Source: Fibrobacterota bacterium (lineage in GTDB: Bacteria > Fibrobacterota > Fibrobacteria > UBA11236). Taken from it: a stretch of 23,245 bases of DNA. The stretch lies in assembly GCA_043753995.1 (NCBI GenBank), contig JAYUVP010000163.1, forward strand, positions 1 through 23,245. Reading direction: 5' to 3'. This document shows positions 1 through 8,546 of the stretch, in pieces. Under the pieces are notes generated by a model. That model was not told the DNA's origin. It worked only from the letters and a program-made list of their open reading frames with translations, and ran no database searches. Both the position numbers and the translations under genes were made by a program. Positions within the stretch are counted from its first letter, which is position 1. Each line of letters opens with the position of its first letter.

Positions 1-2205
1 TTCGCAGCACAACCCATCGCCGCGGCTGAACCTCCGGCTGACGGGGAGGATTTGCGCCTTTCCCTGTCCGACTTGCTCGACATCAAGGTCGTGACGGCGT
101 CCAAAGCTGAGGAATCCTTGGATGAGGCGCCAAATATCATGTATGTGATTACCCAGGAGCAAATCCGCAGGCGTGGATACAAAAGCCTCAAGGATATTTT
201 TCAAATCATACCCGGCTTCGGGGTCCAGCAAAAGGACATCCAATTCGTGGGGCAGGTGCGCGGTATCGCCCCTAATGACAATGAAAAATTCGCCCTCATG
301 ATCAACGGTCATATCATCAACCAGGTCACCGAGCCGGATTATTTTCAGGGGGGTGGATTTCCGCTAGATAATCTCGAACGGATAGAAATCATCGTCGGAC
401 CTGGAAGCGTTTTTTACGGCGGCGAGACCTTATGCGCCATCATCAATCTCATTTCGAATAAGGCAGACAATTCTGAGATTTCCCTTTCCATGGGCTCGGG
501 TCCTGGCATTCATGGGGACGGGGTTGTGCCAAACCGAGACATTCAATACATGATAGGCAAGAGAAATGGGGCTGACGGTTTTTTCGCTTCGGGCTCCTAT
601 TATGCGCATGGCGGATTTGACGCTTGGCGCGACAACTCGGCCAATGCGAGCAATGCCGCCCTGGCCCACATGGAAGACGTGACGGGCCGGGTCTTCCCAA
701 GTTATAGCATGTTCATTGGCAGCAACTTCGCCGGCTGGGCGGGCCAGTTTTTCGCGCAGAATTCCCAGATGCCCGATTTGCATGATGTGAGTACGGGCAT
801 CGAGGATGCTCCCCGCTCAGATTATATCTATTCGGCCGGAGTCAAGAACCATGCGGAATGGAGCCGGGGCTTTTCCACCTCTTTGGAGTTTTATGGCGAC
901 CTGAAAAGGACTTTGCGTTCCGTGGAAAAGGTGGGATCGAAAGCTCTGGGAGACGTACCGAACTGGGACCTCTCCCAGACCGCTTACAACGGAGAAATAG
1001 CCTTGCAGCATACGGTTTCTGATCGAAACTTTTTCCAGGTGGGCTTGCAATTGGCCGAGAAGCAGAATCGACACAATTACGATTATCAATGGAATCCCGA
1101 TAAGCCCTACACTTTTTACCAGGTCATTTACGATAGCCTGGGTAAAGCGGTGGATTCCATCCGCCTTGACAATATGCGATCCATTGTGGACGCGTCCGAG
1201 ACCCATTCGGCCGGTGCCTTTATCTCCAACAAATTCACGGTGAACCCGTATTTGAAAATAGTGACCGCTCTCCGGGTCGATCGCGATGATATCCTGGATC
1301 CAGAGGGAGCGATTTTCGCCGATGCGGATAGATTGTACTTCAGTCCACGCTTGGCCTTGCTGACGGCTCCCATGAACGGGCTGCACCTCAAATTGATGTA
1401 TAATCGCGCCACACGCCTGGCCCAAACACCCCAGGGCACCCCCCTGAATCATTTGTGGGGAATCGAACAAAAAGGTCTGGCGCCAAATTGGGCAACTCAA
1501 AATCCAAACATATCCCGTCCTGAAATCTTGAATACCTACGAAGCGCAAGCCATTTATCAATTCCACTATTCGCGCATCACCATCAATTATTGGCATCAGC
1601 AATTGAAGGATTATACCTCGTGGTTTTCTCCGCGGACCAATGTCGGTACCTTTGACGGCGATGGCTTCGAATACGAAATCGTTTCGGCCATCCACCCGGA
1701 AATATCCTTGTGGACCAATGGCGCCTTATCCGACAACGACTTCACCATCACCGCCGACGCGAAAAAAAGTGGCACTGGCACCGAGGCGGGATCGGCTTTT
1801 CAACTGCCCGCCAATCCTCAGGGTGAAGTGATGGGGGTGCCCAAATTCACCGCCAACTTCGGAGCCGACGTCCTTATCATCCCGGGATTTTCAATCAATC
1901 CCACCTTGCGCTACATGACGCATCAGGTGAAAGCGGCCCCAGTCGAAGTCGCTTCGAAAACACCCGCGGGGATCGATACGTCGGTGGTAGAACTCAATTA
2001 CGGTTATGCTGACAATCAAATCTACCTCGACCTGGCCATCAGCTACGAAGACTTTCAAATTCCGGGTACGAACCTGGATTTGGATATTCGCGGACTCGCC
2101 AAGAACTTGCTGAATAATACCGAGCTTATAGGAACGCAATGGATGGCGGACTCCTATCACCCGCAAGGCATGACCTGGGAGGTCTCCCTCTTCCTTAAAT
2201 TCTGA
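1..2205 (+). CDS. TonB-dependent outer-membrane receptor (5'-truncated; frame is open from base 1)
   Basis: Plug-domain signature LSLSDLLDIKVVTASKAEESLDEAPNIMYVITQEQIRRRGYKSLKDIF...LERIEIIVGPGSVFYG, amphipathic beta-strands, and C-terminal Phe (VSLFLKF). There is no stop between 1 and 51 in frame (FAAQPIAAAEPPADGED), so the true start lies upstream of the window. Confidence 0.92.
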   Translation, partial: FAAQPIAAAEPPADGEDLRLSLSDLLDIKVVTASKAEESLDEAPNIMYVITQEQIRRRGYKSLKDIFQIIPGFGVQQKDIQFVGQVRGIAPNDNEKFALMINGHIINQVTEPDYFQGGGFPLDNLERIEIIVGPGSVFYGGETLCAIINLISNKADNSEISLSMGSGPGIHGDGVVPNRDIQYMIGKRNGADGFFASGSYYAHGGFDAWRDNSANASNAALAHMEDVTGRVFPSYSMFIGSNFAGWAGQFFAQNSQMPDLHDVSTGIEDAPRSDYIYSAGVKNHAEWSRGFSTSLEFYGDLKRTLRSVEKVGSKALGDVPNWDLSQTAYNGEIALQHTVSDRNFFQVGLQLAEKQNRHNYDYQWNPDKPYTFYQVIYDSLGKAVDSIRLDNMRSIVDASETHSAGAFISNKFTVNPYLKIVTALRVDRDDILDPEGAIFADADRLYFSPRLALLTAPMNGLHLKLMYNRATRLAQTPQGTPLNHLWGIEQKGLAPNWATQNPNISRPEILNTYEAQAIYQFHYSRITINYWHQQLKDYTSWFSPRTNVGTFDGDGFEYEIVSAIHPEISLWTNGALSDNDFTITADAKKSGTGTEAGSAFQLPANPQGEVMGVPKFTANFGADVLIIPGFSINPTLRYMTHQVKAAPVEVASKTPAGIDTSVVELNYGYADNQIYLDLAISYEDFQIPGTNLDLDIRGLAKNLLNNTELIGTQWMADSYHPQGMTWEVSLFLKF

Positions 2206-2247
2206 GGCCAGTTGGCAGGGTGGCCGGTATAGACTTAGACTCCACCC

Positions 2248-3219
2248 ATGGTCCACTCGCCAAATGCCATCCCTCCCGCTCCAACGCCCCGCCGAATTGT
2301 CGTCACGGGCGCCACCGGCTTTATCGGCAAGCCTCTGACGCAATCCCTACTTGCCCAGGGTTATGCCGTAACCGCCCTGGTACGCCGCCCCGATGTAGCG
2401 CGAGAGCAATTGCCCGCCGCCGTACAACTGGAATTCTGGGACGGGCGGAATCCCCCGTCCGCCCAGGTTTTTTCGGGCGCTTACGCCGTAGTGCATTTAG
2501 CGGGAGAATCGGTGGCGAAATGGCCTTGGAGCCGCGCGCGCCGACAAGCCCTGTGGCATTCGCGCGTGGAGGCGACCCAAAGCCTCGTGCAAGCCATCGC
2601 AGCGTCTCAACATAAGCCCGAAGCTTTCATCTCGGCCTCGGGCATGGGGTATCATGGCGATGCCGGTAACTCCCCCGTGACGGAAGACGCGCTACCCGGC
2701 CTTGATTTTTTGTCCACGCTCGCCACCGCCTGGGAAGCCTCAGGACAGAAGGCCGCCGGTCTGGGGTTACGCGTGGTGAATTTGCGTTTCGGCATGGTGC
2801 TGGCTGACTATGGTGGCGCTCTGCAGGCCCTGTTGCCGCCGTTTCGCCTTGGCCTCGGAGTGGTGCTGGGCTCGGGACTTCAAGGCAATCCCTGGATACA
2901 TCGCGACGACGCCGTCGGCCTGATTTTGCATGCTCTCAGCCAAGGCAATGCCCAGCGGCCAAAGCTGCAAGGGGCCGTGCATGCCTGCGCGCCGGCAACG
3001 CCATCCCAGAAAGAATTCGCCAAAGCTTTGGGCCAAGCCCTGGGTCGCCCGGTATGGATCCGAGTACCTGCCTGGGCTCTTCGCGCCGCTCTCGGGGAAA
3101 TGGCGGACCTATTCCTGCATGGTCAATTCGGGCAGCCCGTCAAAGCAGGGGAGTCTGGGTATCCTTGGCGCTACCTGGATTTGGGGCAGGCGCTGCGAGC
3201 CTGCGTGTCGCGATCCTGA
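2248..3219 (+). CDS. TIGR01777/YfcH-like NAD-dependent epimerase-family oxidoreductase (C-terminal DUF1731-like region)
   Basis: IVVTGATGFIG Rossmann motif, VVHLAGESV, SRVEAT, FISASGMGYHG, LRFGMVL, GSGLQGNPWIHRDD, FAKALGQALGRP and ALGEMADLFL are all typical of this family. Confidence 0.92.
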   Translation: MVHSPNAIPPAPTPRRIVVTGATGFIGKPLTQSLLAQGYAVTALVRRPDVAREQLPAAVQLEFWDGRNPPSAQVFSGAYAVVHLAGESVAKWPWSRARRQALWHSRVEATQSLVQAIAASQHKPEAFISASGMGYHGDAGNSPVTEDALPGLDFLSTLATAWEASGQKAAGLGLRVVNLRFGMVLADYGGALQALLPPFRLGLGVVLGSGLQGNPWIHRDDAVGLILHALSQGNAQRPKLQGAVHACAPATPSQKEFAKALGQALGRPVWIRVPAWALRAALGEMADLFLHGQFGQPVKAGESGYPWRYLDLGQALRACVSRS

Positions 3220-3326
3220 CGAGAGCAAGCAAAGCAAACAATCCCGAAGCTCCCATCCGTCTCGGGTTACCTTCGCCCACCCTATGACCATCTAATAAGT
3301 CCGTCCCGCTCCTTGAGAGGCTTGAG

Positions 3327-5534
3327 ATGTTGGTGATTCCTACCCCTTCTAAATCGTTTGTCGATGGCCTGCCAACCCGTACCATGGGGAAGCCCGCGCC
3401 AGCCAAGTCCGTCAAGCCGGCGCTGGGCGAAACCCGCAGGGAAGATGGGGCTATGCGACCGTCCGCCAATGTCTTATTTGCCAAACGCCTTTTCGATATC
3501 GCCATCGGCCTTTTCGGAACAGCCTGCTTCGTCACGGCATATCCGATTTTAGCCTTGCTCATTAAGGCCGAAAACCCCGGCCCGGTACTTTATGCCCAAG
3601 AACGTGTGGGCATCAATAAACGCCGTCGCCGCCGCACCGGTGAAGGCGAAAAAGAAGGCGATGCCGACGAAATTCCGGTGCGCCTAAACGATGTAGGTGG
3701 ACGTCCCTTCACCATATTCAAGTTCCGCAGCATGCGCACGGACGCAGAAAAGGCGGGACCGCAATTCGCCACCAAAGGACGCGATCCACGCATTACCCGT
3801 GTGGGCTGGTGGCTACGTGCTACCCACCTTGACGAATTGCCACAATTCTGGAATATCCTGCGTGGTGACATGAGCTTTATTGGACCTCGTCCCGAACGCG
3901 CCCATTTTACCCAGCAATTCCAAACCACTATTCCGCACTATGGATCACGAACTCTGTTCCTAAAACCCGGTCTCACAGGCTTGGCGCAAATTACCGTGGG
4001 TTATGACGATTCCATCGAAAGCGTGGTACGTAAAACCTTTTTCGACTATAGCTATCGCGCTTCCATGGCGCATTTTCGAACCTGGAAACGCATGGAATTG
4101 TGGATACTCTGGAATACGGCTGGCTATCTCATCAAACCGCTACGCCGCGGCGAAGGCGAAGTGCGTGAACTGGATTCCCTGAAGCGAGCCCAGAACCTCG
4201 GTCTCACGGCCAAACACCTTACCAAGGAAAGCGTGCATAAGGTCACCGCTTGGGTCAGCCTGCGCGACGGCAATCACAGCACGGTTTTGGCTGGCCAGGA
4301 CGTCAACGAGATCGCCCGCAAACTGGAGCGCTTGCAATCGCGCGGCGTCAAAACCCTGGAAGTGAGTTATTCACCGACAGCCCAATTCGATCTCGAAGAA
4401 ATGGGCTTTTTGGTCGAGCTTTCGCACCATGTGCATCGCGTCGGCGGCAAGCTGCGCGTTCGCGATGCCACCGCTCGCGTGCGGCGCATGTTGCAGGAAG
4501 TGCATATGGACAAGGTGGTGACCTTGGAACGCGGCACGGGCGAGGTCGCTAACTTTTTCACCGTCGACGTCGAATGCTGGTTTCATGCCTTCAATCTGCG
4601 CGACAAGATTCCTCCTTCGACCTGGCATCAACAAGAAACCCGCGTCGTGCAGAATATCTCGCGTATTCTTGAGCTATTGGCGTCCAATGATGCGCGCGGC
4701 ACCTTTTTCGTGCTGGGTTGGGTGGCCGAGAAATTTCCCGAAGTGGTGCGCATGATTGATAAAGCGGGCCATGAAATCGGCAGTCATGGGCATTATCACA
4801 ATCTCATCACCGAAATGACGCCGTCGGCTTTCGAAGAAGACCTGCTCAAGTCAGTAGCGGCCATCACACGTATCACCGGCAAGCCCATAGTGGGCCATCG
4901 CGCCAGCAATTTCACCGTAGTGCAAAACACTCTTTGGGCCCTCGATATTCTCGCTAAGCATGGCTTCGAATACGACTCCAGCATTTTCCCAATTGAGCGG
5001 GATCGCTATGGCATACCCAATTATCCGAATCGTTTGCCGCATGACATTCGCTTGAAAGCAGGCCGACACCTCCTCGAATTCCCCATGTCGACCCTGGGGG
5101 TGGGCAAAAAGTTTTTACCCATGTCGGGTGGCGGCTATTTGCGGCTATTCCCGCATCAAGTCACCGAAGCCTTCATCGAATCGCAGAATCGCAAAGGCCA
5201 TCCCGTGATGCTATACCTGCATCCCTGGGAGCTGGACACGCAAATGCGGCGCATCAATGCGGGTATGATGAAAACTTTTCAGCATTATGTGAATCTGCAC
5301 AGCACCGAATGGAAAATATCCCGGCTCTTGCAACGCTTCCGCTTCGGATCGATTCGCGAACTACGCGACACGCGTCGCGTACAAGTCATGCTTCAGCGCA
5401 ATCCCGTCTTCATCGGACCAGCCAACGAAGACGGCTTTGAGCTCACGCGCCGCACGCGTTGGCGCCCCAAGGAAGGCGTTTCGAATTCCAAGGCGGGCAA
5501 TGAGACCAATGCCCAATTGGCAATGGGATCCTAA
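3327..5534 (+). CDS. Fusion protein: polyprenyl-phosphate phosphoglycosyl (bacterial sugar) transferase + STAS-like domain + CE4 polysaccharide deacetylase with DUF3473 (PEP-CTERM/XrtA-locus type)
   Basis: N-part: KRLFDI, hydrophobic helix, GPVLYAQERVG, KFRSM, DPRITRVG, LDELPQFWNILRGDMSFIGPRPE, KPGLTGLAQI. Middle: FDLEEMGFLVELSHHVHRVGGKLRVRDATARVRRMLQEVHMDKVV. C-part: FTVDVECWFH, GTFFVLGWVAE, GHEIGSHGHYH, YDSSIFP, GGGYLRL, YLHPWELD. GAGAGG precedes ATG 3327. Confidence 0.88.
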   Translation: MLVIPTPSKSFVDGLPTRTMGKPAPAKSVKPALGETRREDGAMRPSANVLFAKRLFDIAIGLFGTACFVTAYPILALLIKAENPGPVLYAQERVGINKRRRRRTGEGEKEGDADEIPVRLNDVGGRPFTIFKFRSMRTDAEKAGPQFATKGRDPRITRVGWWLRATHLDELPQFWNILRGDMSFIGPRPERAHFTQQFQTTIPHYGSRTLFLKPGLTGLAQITVGYDDSIESVVRKTFFDYSYRASMAHFRTWKRMELWILWNTAGYLIKPLRRGEGEVRELDSLKRAQNLGLTAKHLTKESVHKVTAWVSLRDGNHSTVLAGQDVNEIARKLERLQSRGVKTLEVSYSPTAQFDLEEMGFLVELSHHVHRVGGKLRVRDATARVRRMLQEVHMDKVVTLERGTGEVANFFTVDVECWFHAFNLRDKIPPSTWHQQETRVVQNISRILELLASNDARGTFFVLGWVAEKFPEVVRMIDKAGHEIGSHGHYHNLITEMTPSAFEEDLLKSVAAITRITGKPIVGHRASNFTVVQNTLWALDILAKHGFEYDSSIFPIERDRYGIPNYPNRLPHDIRLKAGRHLLEFPMSTLGVGKKFLPMSGGGYLRLFPHQVTEAFIESQNRKGHPVMLYLHPWELDTQMRRINAGMMKTFQHYVNLHSTEWKISRLLQRFRFGSIRELRDTRRVQVMLQRNPVFIGPANEDGFELTRRTRWRPKEGVSNSKAGNETNAQLAMGS

Positions 5535-5726
5535 GGGCTCCGGTGTAAATAAGTTTTTCCGGCCAAACTTTTCAAGCAGGGTACCCCGCCCTGCATTTCG
5601 ACAATCCTATCTCTTCTAAGGTAACGTCCATTCTGATTATCGCATGAGCGATCTTCTCGACGCTATTCCATTCACGAACTTTGCTTGCTGAACCATGATG
5701 GGTAGCTACGTTGAGGTATTACTCTT

Positions 5727-5747
5727 GATGGAAATGTGATTTTCATC
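5727..5747. promoter_or_regulatory. Candidate operator: imperfect 9-3-9 palindrome upstream of vgrG
   Basis: GATGGAAAT-GTG-ATTTTCATC (8 of 9 positions complementary), about 60 nt upstream of the vgrG ATG in an AT-richer intergenic region. Confidence 0.3.
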
Positions 5748-5807
5748 TAATATCCATTTCCCAAGCGAAGCGGATCATCCGCCATCACTTTAGTGAGCGA
5801 GGTTTGC

Positions 5808-7958
5808 ATGGCCACGACGACAACTTTGCGCTTTACCCTGTCGGTCGGTTCCTTACCTGCAGATAGTTTTCGAGTCCAGACTTTTTCACTCTCAGAAGAA
5901 ATTTCTGAATGCTGGCGACTGGAAATCACCGCCTCGACACCGGAAATGGAAATCAACTACGATGAGGTCATCGGTAAACCCGCGCAGCTTGAGGTGGCCG
6001 GCGATGATTTCAATATCGCCCGAAACGGCATTGTAACCCGCTTCGATCAATTTCCCGACGATAGCCAGGATTTCGGGCGCGAATCTTATTCGTGCATATT
6101 GCATATTGCCCCGAAATTCCAGCTACTCGCTTACACTTCACAAAGCCGGATTTTTCAGAACTTGGATTTGCCCGCAATCGTGAAAAAAGTATTAGATGGG
6201 CATGGCCTGAGCGGCAGCGACTATGCATGGGATGCCGCCGGGACCTTTGCATCGCAAGAATTCACGGTGCAATACAATGAAAGCGATTTGAATTTCGTCC
6301 AGCGCCTGCTCGAAGACGCCGGCGTCTATTACTGCTTTCGCAATCAAGACAAAAAGGAGAAGCTGGTTTTCGCCGATAAAGGCTCGACGGTGATGGCCCA
6401 GCCCGACCATCCTAAGCTCAATCTCATGCATACCACCGGGCTTTCCCATTTGAGCGAAGATCATGTTTTGCATATCCGAAAAAGCAAACGCATGGTCACC
6501 GGAAAAACCCGCATCAAAGATTATAACGATCGAACGCCCGACAGCATCATTACCGGGAATGCCGAAAAGCCAGGCCAAGGTGAGGCCTATGACTTTTCCC
6601 CCCATGTGGGGGACGCCTCGGCTGCCGGACAAATGGCTTTGCGCCGGGCCGAAATGCTTTCGAGCGAAAAGGTGCTAGTCGAAGGCGAAGGTGTGTGCCG
6701 ACCCATGCGGCCCGGACATCGATTCGAATTGGTCGAGCGAGGCGGCGGTAGTTTTTCCGGGAATTATTTCGTGTTGGCGACCGTGCATCATGGCGATCAA
6801 CGTGAGGGCTTCGAAGGCGATACCCAAAAGCAGATTTTCACAACGCACTTTCGCGCCATTCCCATGGGGCAGGCCTATCGCCCGCCATTCCGTACTCCCA
6901 AACCCAGCATTGCGGGCGTTTTGCTAGCCAAAATCGATGGCCCCAGCGGACAATACGCGACCCTCGATGAGGAAGGTCGGTATCACGCCAAAATGCCTTA
7001 CGACCTCTCCGATCTAAAGGATGGTAATGCCAGCCTTCCGATACGCCTAGCACAACCCTATGGCGGGCCGGCCTATGGGATGCATTTTCCGAATCACAAT
7101 GGCAATGACTTGCTGGTGGCCTTTATCGGCGGCGATGTGAATCGCCCAGTCGCCGTAGGCGTGGCTCCCAATCCCTCCAATGCCTCTCCCGTGACCAGTC
7201 AAAACAAAAGCGAAAGCGTCATTAAAACCGCCTCGGGTCACATTCTTCGCATGGATGATTTGGAAAAAAAGACGGTGATTGAAATCACCACGGCGGGCGA
7301 GCACACCTTCGAAATGAATGACGATGACGATGCCAAGCATGCCTTGTTGACCACCGAGGGTAGGCACACACTCATACTCGATGATACTGGCAAGAAAATA
7401 CAGCTAACCACCACCTATGGCCATCAAATCCTTATGGACGACGGTGGTAAGCTCATTCGTATAAGCACCCCCGATGGCCATTTTATCCTCATGGACGACC
7501 CGGGCAAATCCATTACAGTTCAGGATGGTGCTGGTAAGACCAAAATTCACATGGACGGTGGCGCCGGTAATATTGAAATGACGGCATCGGCCAATATCAC
7601 TTTGTCGGCGGGGGAATCGGTCACCATCAATGCGGGAAAAACCATAGACGTCTCTTCCGGCAAAGACACCTCATTCAATTCAGGCAAAACCTTTACCGTG
7701 ACAGCAGCTGATAATTTGGACTTGACCACGCAGAAGTCGTCCTCCATACAGGTGGCGAAAAACTTGAATATCGAAGCTGGGGATAAGATTCGCGGGGCAA
7801 CCAAAAAGGCCAGCATCGAAGGCAGCGATAGCGTGCAAATCCAAGGCAAGAAAATTTTGAACAAGTCTGACAATGATTTTCAGGTTGATGCCGGCAAGGT
7901 CAATATCAAGGCCAGCGGCGATGTCATCTTAAAGGGTTCGAAAATCAAACAGAATTGA
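5808..7958 (+). CDS. vgrG: Type VI secretion spike protein VgrG/TssI with extended C-terminal beta-repeat region
   Basis: SRIFQNLDLPAIVKKVL, EFTVQYNESDLNFVQRLLEDAGVYYCF, DEEGRY, IRLAQPYGGPAYGMHFP and VAFIGGDVNRPV are canonical VgrG gp27/gp5 OB-fold motifs, followed by beta-helix-like repeats ending ILKGSKIKQN. ATG 5808 has GAGG upstream (GTG 5793 is the alternative start). Confidence 0.95.
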   Translation: MATTTTLRFTLSVGSLPADSFRVQTFSLSEEISECWRLEITASTPEMEINYDEVIGKPAQLEVAGDDFNIARNGIVTRFDQFPDDSQDFGRESYSCILHIAPKFQLLAYTSQSRIFQNLDLPAIVKKVLDGHGLSGSDYAWDAAGTFASQEFTVQYNESDLNFVQRLLEDAGVYYCFRNQDKKEKLVFADKGSTVMAQPDHPKLNLMHTTGLSHLSEDHVLHIRKSKRMVTGKTRIKDYNDRTPDSIITGNAEKPGQGEAYDFSPHVGDASAAGQMALRRAEMLSSEKVLVEGEGVCRPMRPGHRFELVERGGGSFSGNYFVLATVHHGDQREGFEGDTQKQIFTTHFRAIPMGQAYRPPFRTPKPSIAGVLLAKIDGPSGQYATLDEEGRYHAKMPYDLSDLKDGNASLPIRLAQPYGGPAYGMHFPNHNGNDLLVAFIGGDVNRPVAVGVAPNPSNASPVTSQNKSESVIKTASGHILRMDDLEKKTVIEITTAGEHTFEMNDDDDAKHALLTTEGRHTLILDDTGKKIQLTTTYGHQILMDDGGKLIRISTPDGHFILMDDPGKSITVQDGAGKTKIHMDGGAGNIEMTASANITLSAGESVTINAGKTIDVSSGKDTSFNSGKTFTVTAADNLDLTTQKSSSIQVAKNLNIEAGDKIRGATKKASIEGSDSVQIQGKKILNKSDNDFQVDAGKVNIKASGDVILKGSKIKQN
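7224..7580 (+). repeat. About six tandem 19-21-aa repeats (T-x-x-G-H-x-I/L-x-M/L-D-D-x-x-K-x-I) within VgrG
   Basis: KTASGHILRMDDLEKKTVIEI / TTAGEHTFEMNDDDDAKHALL / TTEGRHTLILDDTGKKIQL / TTTYGHQILMDDGGKLIRI / STPDGHFILMDDPGKSITV / QDGAGKTKIHMDGGAGNIEM. Confidence 0.8.
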
Positions 7959-8006
7959 AATCGTTCACCCAAGAATCACGATAAATGTCAAAGGAAGGGG
8001 ATTCGC

Positions 8007-8525
8007 ATGATAGTCGCCAATATCAGTCGGACTCGGCAGAAAAGGTCAACCAAGAATTCGCTGACGTCCCCAAAGGATAGGCAAGAAAAAACGGTATTAC
8101 CTGCCTATGTGACGGGCAAACTCATTGGCGTCGATGCCATGGGACACCCCCTGGTGACCCATGCGCAAAGCCATGGCAAACATGTGATAGCGAAAACTCT
8201 GGTGACCTTGCAACGCACGGACTTTGGTCGCGACATCGCTTTGATTTTCGAGAACGGCGATGTCGCTTGTCCCGCGATTGTCGGCTTTCCCTCTGCCCAT
8301 GTTTTCGCTCCTGAACGCGTCGAAGGCACTTATTCGGCCCCCTTGCCCATTAAGCTTGATAGCTCACATTTGCTCTTTAAAGCCGATCGCGATATCGTCC
8401 TCGAATGCGGCAAAGCGAGTATCACCTTAAGCAAGGATGGTCGCATCGAAATCAAGGGCATGAATATTTTGAGCAAGGCCTCGCAGACCAATAAAGTCAA
8501 GGGTGGCGCGGTCTTATTGAATTAG
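8007..8525 (+). CDS. DUF6484-like T6SS-associated small protein with a gp5-like C-terminal tail
   Basis: GKLIGVDAMGHPLV...GRDIALIFENGDVACPAIVG followed by ADRDIVLECGKASITLSKDGRIEIKGMNILSKASQTNKVKGGAVLLN. It sits between vgrG and DUF2169, with a purine-rich RBS (AAGGAAGGGG). Confidence 0.78.
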   Translation: MIVANISRTRQKRSTKNSLTSPKDRQEKTVLPAYVTGKLIGVDAMGHPLVTHAQSHGKHVIAKTLVTLQRTDFGRDIALIFENGDVACPAIVGFPSAHVFAPERVEGTYSAPLPIKLDSSHLLFKADRDIVLECGKASITLSKDGRIEIKGMNILSKASQTNKVKGGAVLLN

Positions 8526-8546
8526 CGCGCACACTTCGAAAAGAAA

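Noticed and set aside
817..1695. 292-aa antisense ORF (and other long shadow ORFs such as 12456-13154 and 22243-22749)
   Set aside because: These lie opposite well-supported genes, have no recognisable motifs, and are expected from codon bias.
5671..5685. Sigma-54-like promoter TTCACGAACTTTGCT upstream of vgrG
   Set aside because: It matches CACG-N4-TTGC, but the invariant -24 GG is TT.
5808..8525. Prophage tail/baseplate remnant
   Set aside because: The fused gp27-gp5 VgrG architecture and DUF2169/DUF4150 neighbours indicate T6SS, and no capsid, terminase, integrase or tail genes are present.
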